The notes below the pieces were generated by a model. It had not been told where the DNA came from, did not search any database, and was given only the letters and a program-made list of their open reading frames with translations. Positions 34,469 to 47,310 of a stretch of DNA of 55,985 nt are shown here, piece by piece. Source of the stretch: Gekko japonicus (lineage: Eukaryota). The stretch spans positions 1,681,280 through 1,737,264 of the forward strand of contig NW_015163096.1 in the NCBI RefSeq assembly GCF_001447785.1, in the 5' to 3' direction. The stretch's first letter is position 1. Every line of letters starts with the position of its first letter. Both the position numbers and the translations under genes were made by a program.

Positions 34469-35493
34469 GACTGCTCTTGTTAGCTGTTTGTCCTCTGAGG
34501 CATTCTTACTTAGGTGGCAGAATATCCATGTATAACATATGAGCTCCTTTGCCTTGTTGTCAGCCTTCAGACTTCTTGAAGTTCACTGCTTCCATGTTTC
34601 AAGAAACATGCTGACAAGTCACTTAAATGCTTTTAATATGTCAGTCCAAGTACTTTGGTTGGCATTCACATCATTTATAGTCTTTAATTCAAATCAGTTA
34701 TATTTGTTTCTCCCAGAATTACATTCTGTGAACCTGGACACTCTTTTTCAAGATTCAGTAGAAGGCACTGTTGAAGTATCAAAGAAGGTCCCCTTACTCA
34801 TACATGGAAAATCTAGTTCTGGTTGATATTTACAGCAATGGCATTATCTTCTCGAAAACAAAGCAGTCTTCTTATTTACAAAACATGATGCCTTGATGGG
34901 ATTGGTTTCCCAAGGGAAAGTAGTCCAGAGGTCTTGCTGACTTCTTCAAGGCAGGCTGTTAGGACCTGGTCTCTGAGAAGAACTTTCACAAACTCATGTT
35001 TTTCCATTGACTAAGGTCCATCTTACTTCAAGATGTATTCCTCTGCACCTGGATTTTTCTTTGTTATTAAGATAATCATCTTATCAGACCTACATTAAAC
35101 ACCCATTTCTCCAGACAAAGAATGACCAGTCTATGGAGGCAAAAAAAGAAGAAGTTAGTCTAGTCCAGCTGTATTTCCCTGTAACCCTGTATTTCTATTT
35201 CTTCCCTAATTTCTTCCTATGCTTCCTTGTAGTCTCTCACTCTCTCTCAATAAGCCACTTAATTAATTTCAGTTAAATCTGTGAAGTCTGTGTCTTCCTT
35301 ATTAATCCAGTGATTGTCTAATGAGGCTATTACATGACCCCATTTTCAACATGGAGGCAGAATGGTTTCAATAGAGCCTACCCTGATCACTGTGTGCATA
35401 AACTGGCTGCATTCATATGATCATGACTGTTATGTATTGTATGGAATGGAATGTATGTATATAGAGCTTGAGTCTGATGTAAGGCATTGAAAA

Positions 35494-35643
35494 GGCGAAA
35501 GATTTATGCGATCTGAAGAGAAACCAGAGTGTGCAGATAGTTGTAAAATGGTTAGTAATGATCTTAGTTGCTATATGTAGAAATCTAGAACCAATAATGT
35601 GTCGTATGTAATGTATTTTACAAAACAATAAAAAGATTTAAAC
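35494..35643 (+). mobile_element. 150-bp LINE 3' end (L1-like)
   Basis: 17-bp TSD ATGTAAGGCATTGAAAA (35477-35493, 35644-35660); AATAAA at 35627. Confidence 0.75.
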
Positions 35644-35663
35644 ATGTAAGGCATTGAAAACCA

Positions 35664-36143
35664 GAAAAGGGGGGGGGAAGGGAAAAACTCAACCCAAGAT
35701 AACACTGTGAACCAGAAGGGTTAAGCTGACCGTATATATTATAAAAATACAAAATTTATTAAGGTGTACACATATTAAAATATATTTGGGTTAAACATTT
35801 TTTTCAAGTATCAGACTAATAAAAGCATATCAATTATTAATACACATGATGGGTTAACACTTTCCAACTGAAGACCAAACGCGTTTTGGCCTCAAAGGGC
35901 CTTCCTCAGTGGCCACTATACAACATAGTATAGACACACATTCAAACATATGTATACTTATTTAAAGACCATATGTTGTATCCTTATATGTTTGTAATTG
36001 TGTTGCTGGTATTAACGAAATCTCAGTACCAGAATAATTGGAATGAATATGGCCATACCTAGGGCCCATCATTAATACCAGCAACACAATTGCAAACATA
36101 TAAGGATACAACATATGGTCAGCTTAACCCTTCTGGTTCGCAG
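35664..36143 (-). mobile_element. Penelope-like element remnant with inverted pseudo-LTR structure
   Basis: 15-bp TSD AGGCATTGAAAACCA (35649-35663, 36144-36158); inverted repeats 35705-35735/36113-36143 and 35967-36015/36072-36120; hammerhead motif. Confidence 0.75.
35873..35914 (-). ncRNA. Minimal type I hammerhead ribozyme motif (Penelope-type), GAAA box mutated
   Basis: GGCCA-CUGAGGA-A-GGCC-CUUUGA-GGCC-AAAA-CGCG-UU-UGGUC; stems I and II pair; stem III is palindromic. Confidence 0.7.
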
Positions 36144-37977
36144 AGGCATTGAAAACCAACCTATCAGAACCAGGGAAGTTCTGGAGGGAAGCAAACTGAT
36201 TGGTCTTTATGTACAATATCTGATTGGATGTTATCCGACAAGGGGGCGTGGCTTGCCAAGCCGGGACTGTTTAAAAAGGAGCCCGTTGCTCTGTTTGTTG
36301 GTCTTGTTCTGATTTCTTCTGACTTGTTGAATAAAGCTGTTATCACTGTTCACCTGCTGCCTCGAGTCTCATATTCAACAATGACACACTTTTAAAAAGA
36401 GCTTTCCGGGGTCTAGCTACCCATTCAGTCCACAAGAGCCCTGGGATGGAACATGCATACTCATAAAGTATAAGCACAATTGTGAATACCTGTATGAACC
36501 AGCTACTAAAAAGCAGTGAATATCATGTTCTGCAGGTAAGAAAAACTGACAAACGTTTAAATTCCATACAGTTTTATGAAGTTCGGACAAGAGAATCCCT
36601 GAGGACAAATAAGAGTTGCTTTCCTTTTAAAATCTTGCAACTGGTTCTGCTGACCTAAATAAAAGTGCTTATACTACCTTAGTGAAATGTCACTAAAAGG
36701 GTCATTAAAAAAAGAAGCTAAACTAAAAAATACAGGAAAAGATCTCATAAGAGCTAACAAAAGGCTTGATGCTTTTTAGATTCTTTAGAAGGTAAGATTT
36801 ATATTTTTGTACTCTACTGTTCCCAGAAACTGGAGTCACACCACACAACATGCATGGTTCATACCAGATATTTCTCAGAAGTTTTTCCTTTCCGTCCCAG
36901 TATTTCAAGTGAAAAGATTCCTCTTCATGTATACAGAAAGTTTTCCCCAGAACCATCACCAACTGCTGGTTACTATGTAGACACAGCAGCCCTTCTAGAG
37001 CAAAGGATCCACTGGTCTCAATTACATTTGATTAGCACCTTTCTTTTCATATATTGAGCATGAGTATGACTTTTCAAAAAGGCAGCTTATATGCATCCTT
37101 TTTAAAGATAAAGAGGCTATTAGGTCCACTTCCAGAAACCCTAGGAATGGTTGCACAGTATTCTGCAAGTGGAGAGATACAAGTGGAGATACAATACATT
37201 TTACTGTAGTCCTTGTCTGCATTTCCGTTTGTGCAAGAGCTCCAGAACAACTTTTGTCCTTCCTATAATTTCTGAGGGGGGAAAATAGTACAGTTCACAG
37301 ATGGGTAAAAGAATGCCAAACAGCATTTTCCTAACAGGAAAAAAAAATCTAGAAACAAATATTATTTCTGAGGCACACATGAACTGCCAATGTTGTTTGC
37401 ACTTTGACTTCATAAGGCAAATTTGTGAAAGCAAAGTCCCTCCCCCCCCCCCCCCCCACCACCACCACCGCGACAAATCTTGTCCTTTAGGAATCTTCCA
37501 TCACATAATCAACACAAACCTTATTTTTAAAAAAGACAGCCCCCCCACCCAAAAAAAAAATAGCTGGCATAAGATTTTAGTTTAAATAAAGTTCTTAAGA
37601 GTTGAAGTAGAGAGGATTTATTTCCTTAGATCTTAGATACTACAGCCATTGATGTCTCAAAATCATAGCATGGCAAATTTAATCTGATGCTCTAACCTTT
37701 TTATTTGCACCATCCATGATGCATCTAACTCAATATTATCATTATGATTTGTGATTTCAGAAGGCGAGCCAGAATGAAAAACAAAAACAGAAGTCATGTA
37801 ACAAAGCAAATGTGGCAGCTATGTTAACAACTCCTGTCTTCCTCTCATGGACAGTATGCTCCACTGTTGGGAGACTTGGAGAGACAGTGGGTGAGTGGCT
37901 ATTTACAGGGCAGAAATGGGAAGTGGATAAAGCGTAAAACACCCCCATCTGCTGCTTCTGCCCTGCAAGTGACAGAC

Positions 37978-38210
37978 CACCAGTGTTGTATAGTGGTTAG
38001 CATGTTGGACTAGGCTCTGGGAGACCATGTTTGGATCCCCACACTACCAGGGAAGCCTGGTGGATGACCGTGGGACAGTGATACACTCCTGGCCTTAGCT
38101 ATTTCACAGGGTTATTGTGAAAATAAAATGGAGGAAAAGATAAGAATGTAAGCTACTTTGGATCCTCACTCGGGAGAAAGGTGGAGTATAAACCATACAA
38201 AAAATAAGTA
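37978..38210 (+). mobile_element. Old tRNA-derived CORE SINE
   Basis: 'gtatagtggttagcatgttggactagg...tcacagggttattgtgaaaataaaatggagga'. Confidence 0.75.
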
Positions 38211-39624
38211 GCATAAAGAGGGAAACACAGATCGTATGCTTATCTCACGATACCTGATTCAACTATCAGATAAAAGAACTGTCAAATTACATGGATTTTT
38301 AAATGAGACCATCACACTTAGGAAGCTCCAACTAATTAGACTGTATTCCCATGGTCTAATTTGACAGAAGTCCTACTATACCGCGTGCTCTATATACTAC
38401 ATGGCTCAGATATTGCAACTGTATGCCCTACATTATTTACTTTTGCAGTTCTTCCATGCTTCTACTTTTATACGTCCACTGGATACAGAGATTTGCTCTA
38501 AACTGACCACTTCCAGCTTCAAAAGAAACTGTGGTAAATAAAACTAAGCAGCGATGTTTTACATTTAAGGATGCAAAATCTGCCCCATGCTTACAATAGG
38601 AAGAATGCCAAGGATTGATCGCCTCAAGAATTAATCTTTCCAGGGATAAAATACATAATACGTGAACAGGCATGGTAAGTGCACAAAAAAACACTTTGTA
38701 GGAACAGCAAACTTTCAGATGTTTACAACTTTATCCGTGGCATCAAAAACAAAATCTTGGCATACTAACAGTGCACATTTTTAATTTAAGGACTCAATAC
38801 GTATCTCTGACAGGAATTACTGATACCTTTTTCCAGCATTCCAACAGAACCCCCAGATCACTAGTAACTGTTCCATGGGGAACAAAAAAGAAAAAAGAGA
38901 AGATCTTCTGATATTAAATCTTCTGTGAAATTAAGCTTTTAGATACATCCAACAGTCTGGCATGCAGACATTCTTGTAACTCTAAATTATGTATTCACCA
39001 ATTTTTGTGCAACTTCCCACACACCACTGGAGATCTGGACAATTTCAGCTATTTGATGTTACATCTTCTCAAGTGGCTAAAGAGGCTATAAAGCACCCCA
39101 TTGCTTAAGCCTGCCATCTCAGTTCCATTAGCAGTAAAGACCTCTCCATTCAAACCGCTAAGTAAATCCTCCGAGAGCCAGGGGACTGTTTCATGCTTGA
39201 AAGCAACTGTTAAGAATTTGACAACGACCAAACTGTTCCTATTTAATTCTTCTCCCAAGGTAAAAAGAATTATAGGTAAACATATGCCTTCATTATTTGC
39301 TTTGTTGCATTTCAATACTCAATCCCAAACTAAATTGCCAGCAAAGGATTTAATGCAACCGCTCCTGTATTTTAGAGCAACTGCCTTTGCAGATGGAATG
39401 TGCTTAAAAAGGACAACAAAGTTGGAAGGCAAAGCTACCATGTTTTATATAATCATGTAAGACATTAAACCCAAGAGAAACCATGCTGATTCGATGTTTT
39501 TATCATTATTATTATTGTTATGGATGAATCTGAAGGAGTCAAGTTATTATCCACTTCTGTGGCAATAAACAACCAACAAAAGGTATAACATTAACTTAAC
39601 ACTGAATAATGCCACTGCAACTTT

Positions 39625-39876
39625 AGTAAAGGTAAAGGTTTCCCTTGCTCGAAAGCTAGTCAAGTCTGACTCTAGGGGGCGGTGCTCATCTCCGTTTCCA
39701 AGCCAAAGAGCCAGCACTATCCAAAGACGTTTCCGTGGTCATGTGGCCGGCATGACTAAATGTTGAGGCACACGGAACGCTGTTACCTTTCGACCAAAGC
39801 AGTACCTATTTATCTACTTGCAATTTCTTGCTTTCAAATTGCTAGGTTGGCAGGAGCTGGGGCCAGAGATGGGCGT
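39625..39876 (-). mobile_element. 5'-truncated Sauria SINE
   Basis: Closely matches 33082-33330, including the (ACCTTT)n tail. Confidence 0.88.
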
Positions 39877-42800
39877 TACTGAGTCCCTAACCTTTCAGAT
39901 TCAATAGCAGTTAGCAAAACGTACTTTCAATGTATCTATATATTTTTCCTGACTCTTGGATTTATTTGTTTATTAAGAATGAGGATAACAAAAAACACAG
40001 GCATAGAAGTAATCTTGAGAGAGAATTACCTCTAGCCTCCTCACATAACATAAAGTGCAGTGTAATCTAAAGTATCAAGCTCCCCCCCCCCCGAGTGTGC
40101 CCTGCAAAATTACAATAGAGACTCAACCCAGTCAAGGCTACAGTTTAGAAAACCACACCTCCAACCCTGCATGCCCATTAGGACTTTCCTTAATTTTGGA
40201 CTTTTCTTAATTTTGCATGGTGATCAGCTTTTCAAGCCACATTTCACTGGAGGCTGTTAGAAAACTAAATAAATCAAGGACTGGTTGGCAAAGGCAAGGC
40301 TACTGGGACTCTCTCTATTGTACAGCCATAGTGCAAGCACAGATCCATTGGTTCAAATAATCCGCTAGGAATTCACTGGATAAAATGTCTCCTGATGGCA
40401 CTCAGTAACACTATGAGGTTATCCTGCTCTAAGCAGGTTTCTGAATGACAGAGCATCCTTGATTCAATTTAGCACGACTGTCCACTTCTGTCCAACAAGG
40501 GAAGGGGTTGAAGGAGGGAGATTAGCAGAAAGCTTAACCATGGTTTAGGACAAAACTATGTAGCCATCTAAGAAAAGATGCACACCCCGATCCAATCATA
40601 TATCTAATTCTTAACGCACTATAAAGTATATGATTAATAAACAAATTAGAGCATGAACAGATAGGGTAGATTTCTCTACAAATTTGAAGGAAGTTCCAGG
40701 TTTGCAGAAAAATCTGAATATACATATATGGGGAATTAATACTCTGCAGCTTTAAGAAAAGAACACCCAATGAGCCACATTGCTGAGCCTTCTAAGCCTT
40801 GCTCTCTGTAATGAGAAGGCCAAAACTGCCCTAAAAAAGATCTCATCCCCTTCCCCTATCGTATCCCCTGACAGAAGAGGACTCCTTAGCAACAGGCCCA
40901 GAGGTAACCACCAGAGACTCACTTAACCACACATATGGGCCCGAATCAGCAGCAGCACCTGCCTCCATACAATTCAGCCTGGCCTGCCAGCAGTGCCCAT
41001 TACCATGTCACTTGGCCAGACTTTTAATGGGGAGAGGCCACCAGGAGGAGGAAATGAGGGAAAGTTGAAGACTGGGGAAGATAAACATTGGTCTGCTGGT
41101 GAGTGGAAGGAAGCGGGAAAAGGAGAGAGACTATGGACAGGGAAGGTAAAGAAAAACAGTGGGAAAAGGGATACAGGGAAAAATTATATGTCCCCTGCAA
41201 GTCATTGGGGGTCCCCTGCTTGTACATTTTTAATTTTTAAAAAGTACTATATTCTGTGAGACTTATTTCCAAGTGTGAATAGGAGTGCAATCTTTGTTTT
41301 TTTAAAAAAGCTAGAGGTTTACCTAATACAGTATACCCTCAGTGTTGAAGAATCTAAATTGGAAGCTCTAAACCTCTTCCAGTGGCTGCACTCTCACATT
41401 TATCTTGCTGGGTTTTAAAACACTGCATAATTTAAAAATGGGAGCTGTTTTTAAAGCTTGCTGAGATCACTAATACCTTGAGAACATAAATGTCTATAGA
41501 CCTCAAAACTGAGCCTTGACTGGATGAACTTTGTATGTCCCCAGTCCACTCTGAAAAAGCTTTCAACCTATTAGAGGTTTTTCTCTCTTTTTTTGGCCAT
41601 TCAATGTAGTCCTTAAAAATGGCTTTTCAAATTAAGGTCTGGCTTTGAGAAGACAAAATACAAGGGAAGGTCTGGGGGGGTTCATCTGTTGTAAAGATGA
41701 AGAGACACAAGCTAAACAATGTGAAGTCCAATGGGGGAATGGGAATGGAATGGCACATTCATAGCTTTCTGTTTTTTCAAGAAGTTGTGTATTAGCACTC
41801 AGAAGGCGAGAGACAGCATCCGATATGACAGTCCAGAGTTGATCATGGTGAATGCACAACAACCTTTACCCTATGCTCTCTTCTGTAAGTGCTCACAAGA
41901 GATTTACGCTCCTCTGGACAGTTCCTGTTTACACTATAATGTGGCTGCATAGAAAAGAGTTTATCTGTAACACAGCCCAGAATCCTGGAGTTTATGTATA
42001 ACATCGCAATTACTACACAGGAGTCTTACATTCATGATGTTGCTGCCAGTTGTGGGTCAATGGAAACCCTTCCTTTTGCTGTTTCACCCAAAACCTTTGA
42101 ACATTTACATTGTGTTCTACACTGTGTTCCTCTTTGTCTCTTGTAATGAGATACTTTCCCCTAAGCTGTGGAAAGAAAAGACAGCTGACAGGTGAGCCAT
42201 GTGGCTTCATTTCTTCACATTTCTGCTCACCCCCAATTTGTTTTATCTTCGTCCCCCCCACACACATATGCTTTACTGCCATTTCAGACTTCTGCTTCGT
42301 GAGTGGCTGCCCACAGGTAATCAAGCGGGCTTTGTCATAGTATCCAATCTTACATCTCTCTGCCCACATCCATGAATAATATTATAAACTATGGGTGGGT
42401 TGTTCCATTTTTTACACGGGTAAAGAGCATAGATAGTAACCTCTGTTTCTGTATAGTTTGCATTAGGAACTAATCAGAATATTACTTAGTAACAGCAACT
42501 TCTGGCTGTTTCATTTTCACTTACATTATTCTCTCCTGCTATCACACCTCCCCCCACCCCGCCCCCAAGTATCAGAAATACATTATGGCACGGAGTCTGC
42601 TCCACCCCACAGTAGAATAAGATTGTTCTAGGATTGTCTCAGTGTTTGGCTAAATGTCTGCACAAAGCCCCAAATACCTTTGACTTATACACTAGCACCA
42701 GTGTTTCTAATAACTGTATTGCACAAGGAGAAAAAAAGAAGTTCAGGAACCTACAAACATGTATTCGCTGTAGTACTGAGACAGCTGGGAAATCTGTTAG

Positions 42801-43966
42801 AACTATTAGGCCTGAGTATAATAGTATTTCCAGGAACCAAAGAATTCATTTGACACATGAAAAAAAAACCAACCAGAATTTGTCGTCACTTTAGTCTATG
42901 ATGGAGTTGACGATGGAGAGCAGATTTTGATTTATACCCTTTTTGGCACAGATTCATATTGTACTTGATATAATGGGCCAGTGGTATCCTGATTTTAGCC
43001 TGATCATCTCTTCAAACTGTAGAATTCTACGGAAATAGCTGATATGCCATAAAATTATACAAAACTTGAACTACAACACTGGCAAAATAGCAGATCGGAA
43101 CAGAAATCATTCAATCCCATAATCCAGATTTCCCCCCCTCGTGTGTGAGAGTTCCAATACAGGATGCTTCTGTACCAGTACCTACTTGTGGAAGACCATA
43201 CATGCATCAGGAGCATGATGTACTTACTGAATTACCTACAGCAAGGATCTCCAATAGGCAAGTCACCATCTCCTGAAGAGTAGCTTGTACAGCCACTAGA
43301 CAACCCAGGAAACGATCACAAGAGACAATGTGATAAGACTCAATGACCTGGGAATGCTTAATCAACTGACCTGCTGGGATGAGTACTTTTGGGGACATTT
43401 CTGGATATATTTGGCAGTATATGCCTCATATATGAATTATACGATATCATACACAACCAAAATGGATCAGTTATCTGCAAGACTCTGCTTTGTGAAGGAT
43501 TTCTGTTATGATTTCTGATAGGAAAGATTTCTAATATATCATATGTTCATCAAATAATCTTGTGATGGGTTAAGGTGGCAAAATTGGGCACTAAAATGTT
43601 TTTGGCAGGAAAATCCTCACATAGCCCAGTGTCACTGTCCTTATGATGGCAGTGTGTACTGATTTGGGGATTAATTGAGGAGTATCTACCCACAACACAC
43701 TTGCCCATCAGAATACCAAGCAAACCAGTGAAAGAGACCAAAGCAATGTTTATTTACTGTCCTGACAGTGCTCCAAACCACATGTGAATTGTGATAGTGT
43801 TCCTCAGGCATCTTGTTCTGTACTTTGGTAAACCCAAATATAACTTTTCCAGCCCTTAATTCCAAGGAATAGAACAGAGATTGACCATAACAGGAAAAAG
43901 ATTAGTTTACAGTGTTAGGGGGGGGGGAGTAAATTGGGGATGTACGGGACCAATTTTATACCACTG

Positions 43967-43968
<2 letters not shown>

Positions 43969-44020
<52 letters not shown>

Positions 44021-44040
44021 GTGTGTGTGTGTGTGTGTGT
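43969..44040. repeat. Compound microsatellite (CT)n(GT)n
   Basis: Seen directly in the sequence. Confidence 0.97.
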
Positions 44041-44426
44041 ATAAGTAAAATAAAAGATTGAAAATCTGAGAGTGGAAAGCTAGCCAGGAAGTGCTAAGTT
44101 CCCCTAACCTTTTAGATGACCACTAGAGTCTTTTTAAAATGCAGATCTCACCATGTCCCATTGGGCAGCCCCAATAGTTTTCCAATCACCCAGAAAGACT
44201 ACATATGAGATCCACATACCAATGCCGGCCATACCAGGCCACCACACTAAACAGGCCATTTTCACCTGAAGTGACTAGAGACAGTGGACGATCCCTGCCT
44301 TCTTTCAGGAACCGCTACACTCTGTCTCAGTTCCAAACTAGACAAGACAGGTGTCCCCAAATTTGCCCAGTATTTGCACCATTTTAGAGACTGAGCTCCC
44401 ATCTAGAAACTCTTTTAAACTGCTTT

Positions 44427-44637
44427 GTGGGGGCCTAATTCTGGTCAGGATCACCGTGGTGTGGGGGGAAGAGGGAATCCTGCTTTCCCTAGCTGATGTT
44501 TTTTCTCACCCATAATGGCACCAGAGGCATTTAGGCAAATAGTGCCCTCCAGGACCATTTCAGGTCAGAAAAATGGTATGGGGGGACCCCCTCCTCCTCC
44601 TGCGCTGTGCTACTCCTGACTAAAATTGGGCCCACAC
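44427..44637. mobile_element. Old palindromic MITE
   Basis: Imperfect terminal IR 'gggcctaattctggtcagga...tcctgactaaaattgggccc'; the whole element folds back imperfectly. Confidence 0.6.
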
Positions 44638-45849
44638 AATGCAGTTTAAAGGAATTCCCGGGGGGGGACTCTCAAAAATAGTGGTGCACCCTCGAGGAAA
44701 ACTCATGGACATCCATCTCATCTATACCCTCAAATGTACACTAAAGAGAGCTCTCCCCCCCCTCGCTTCTGCCCCTCCCTCCAAGTGTTCCAAGGGCCCT
44801 GACTGGTCTTGTCTGCCTTTTTCCCCAGACCAGCAGGATACAAAGGGGATGGACACACTCTGGAAAAGGGCTTGGCTCTGTTCATCACAAATGTCTGTAA
44901 TAAAGACATGCCCCCAAAAGAAGATTTCAAATATTTCAATATAGATTTTTTGTTGCAAACCAAAAGAGGGAGACACAGAGCTAGAAAAATTTCTTCAGTG
45001 AGCATTTTTTAAAAAGTCTAGGCAACAGCAAACTTTTAAAGAGAATCTCAATATATAACAAATATCTTTTGCACAACCCAGTCTGATACACCTGGAAAAC
45101 AACTTCCCAATCTAAGCAAGTTTTGTTCCAAAACGAAGATCAACAATTTGGATTGCATACAGAACTAAACACGCCAATATTTACAAAAGAATGTCACAGT
45201 ACTCTCTCTTTCCTGAAATGAAGCCTCAAATCCCTCTTGCCATGAAGTTCCTCAAAAATAATTGTTTACAGATGACCTAGAAAAACAAAACCAAGTCAGC
45301 TCAAACTAACAAACGATATCCCCAGAGCTGCCTTGTCTTTACTGATAACGTGAATAAAACATTCTAGGCTAATAAACAAATCCATGTTAATTTCATGCTC
45401 AATTAGAACCTCGGCAGAAGTGTTGAAGAGGGGAGAGAAAATCTATATTTGCCCAATTTGCCCAATTTGGAAGCATTTTTAAATTATAAGACAAAGGTTA
45501 AAACATCCATATGGCATTGCACAACGCTGAGTGCATCAGAAACAGAAATGAGCACACAGTATTTCAGCTTTATGCATTAAAACATTCTGATCCAGGAAAT
45601 ACATACAGCTTTGACAGAGCACCACAGCACACAGTAAGGTATCAACGTTAGCTTCACACATAAAGTAAGTCCAGCAGATCTGTCCTATCATGCTGTTAAT
45701 CCTGCCAAAATATCTGTGTTGTCACCACCTTTTGCATAAGAAGTTGTACAATGTTGTAGCTATTTTCATTGTCCACTTAGTTTCTAGAAGCCATGTATAC
45801 AAATGACTTCTGTATAATGCATTCTCCATAATGCTACAAAAACATTTCT

Positions 45850-45998
45850 AGACTATTTCAGGTGGGTCGCCGTCTTGGTCTGAAGTAGTAGAACAAAGTT
45901 TGAGTCCAGTGGCACCTTTGAGACCAAGAAAGGTTTATTCAAGGTATCTGAAGTCGTATGTGTGCACATGAAAGCTCATACCTTGAATAAAACTTTGC
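45850..45998. mobile_element. Penelope-derived short repeat with degenerate hammerhead motif
   Basis: 14-bp perfect stem 45934-45947/45978-45991 enclosing CTGAAG...GAAAGCTC; related copy at 49143. Confidence 0.6.
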
Positions 45999-46199
45999 CA
46001 AATGGGCTGGAAGGATAGGGTCTCTTCTTCTTACACGTATACATTTAAGCAAAGACAGTACAAGATGTGTAAAAGTTGACCTCCATCTGCTATGACACAA
46101 TAGAAAGAGGCAACACTACAAAATGGTTGGAATGCTTCTGGAAGGGCAATGACCAGTCCATATGAACCTGAGAATTATGCACAAAGAAAAGGAGAGTAT

Positions 46200-47310
46200 T
46201 TGGAATGGCTAACAAGCTGAAACTTAATCCAACCAAACCGGAATGCTACTGGTGGGGGGAAGGTCTGATCCAGGAAAACAGTTATCCCCTGTTCTGAATG
46301 GGACTGCATTTCCCCTTAAAGGGCTAGGTTTGTAGCTTGGGGGTGCTCCTGGACCCAGGCTTCCTGCTCAATAAACAGGTGGCAGTGATGGCCAAAGGTG
46401 CCTTTCACTAGCTTCAGCCAGTGAGCCAGATGCAGCCCTTGCCACTATACTGCATGCCCTGATAACATCTAGATTAGATTTTTGCAGTGCACTCTGTGGG
46501 GCTGCCCGGATGACTGTCCAGAAGCTGCAGTTGGTACAGAATGAAGAAGAAGAGATTGGATTCATACCCCGCCCTTCACTTGGAGTCTCAGAGCGGCTTA
46601 CATACTAATTTCCCTTCCCCTCCCCACAACAGACACCCTGTGAGGTGGGTGGGGCTGAGAGAACTCTGGCACAAACTGCTCTTTTTCAAGGACAGCTGTG
46701 CCAGAGCTTGTGACTGACCCAAGGTCACATCAGCAGGTGCAAGTGGAGGAGTGGGGAATCAAACCCGGTTCTCCCAGATTAGAGTCCACCCACTTAACCA
46801 CTACACCAAAATGGTATGGCTAGAATGTTGACTGGAGTGGGTCGTAGAGATCATATCACTCCAGTCTTATTCTATATATACTAGCTTCCAATTTGCTTCT
46901 GGGTTCAATTCAAGGTGCTAATATTGAACTTCAAAGCCCTGTACAGCCTGGAAACAATGTAGCTTAAGGACCTCCTTCTCCCATATGAACCTACCTGTTC
47001 ACTCTGGTCATCTTCAGAGGTCTTTCTTGGTCATGAAACCAAACCTATGGAACTCCCCTCCCAAGGGAGATTCATTTTTTGGTGTCTTTCGCCAGTGGGT
47101 GAAGACTTTTTTGTTTCATTTGCCATACTCTTAATAATAGTTATTGGCCCTCCTCCTGGTTCTGGTGTTGTATGTTTATGAGTTTTAATGAATTATTGTA
47201 TAATTTTAATACTGACAACAATTGTTCAAATGTTTTTATGCTTTATATGCACCACCCTGGGGACCCTCATTGGGTGGAAAGGGGGCATGAAAATGTTTTA
47301 AAGAAAATAA
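46200..47310 (+). mobile_element. L2 LINE 3' part
   Basis: 'aagctgaaacttaatcc', 'tctagattagattt', 'cagaagctgcagttggtacagaat', 'caattcaaggtgct'. Confidence 0.8.
46543..46811 (-). mobile_element. Squam3-type SINE nested in L2
   Basis: Matches 16437-16733; (GAA)n tail on the plus strand. Confidence 0.85.

Larger units (their letters stand above)
35428..36380 (+). mobile_element. Solo LTR containing two nested insertions
   Basis: TGTT...AACA termini; perfect 5-bp TSD ATGAC (35423-35427, 36381-36385); two CTGATTGG (CCAAT-box) motifs, TATA-like TTTAAAA and AATAAA near the 3' end. Confidence 0.9.

Noticed and set aside
35477-36158. Three spaced direct repeats resembling a repeat-spacer (CRISPR-like) array
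   Set aside because: Vertebrate DNA, spacers of 150 and 480 bp, and fully explained as overlapping TSDs.
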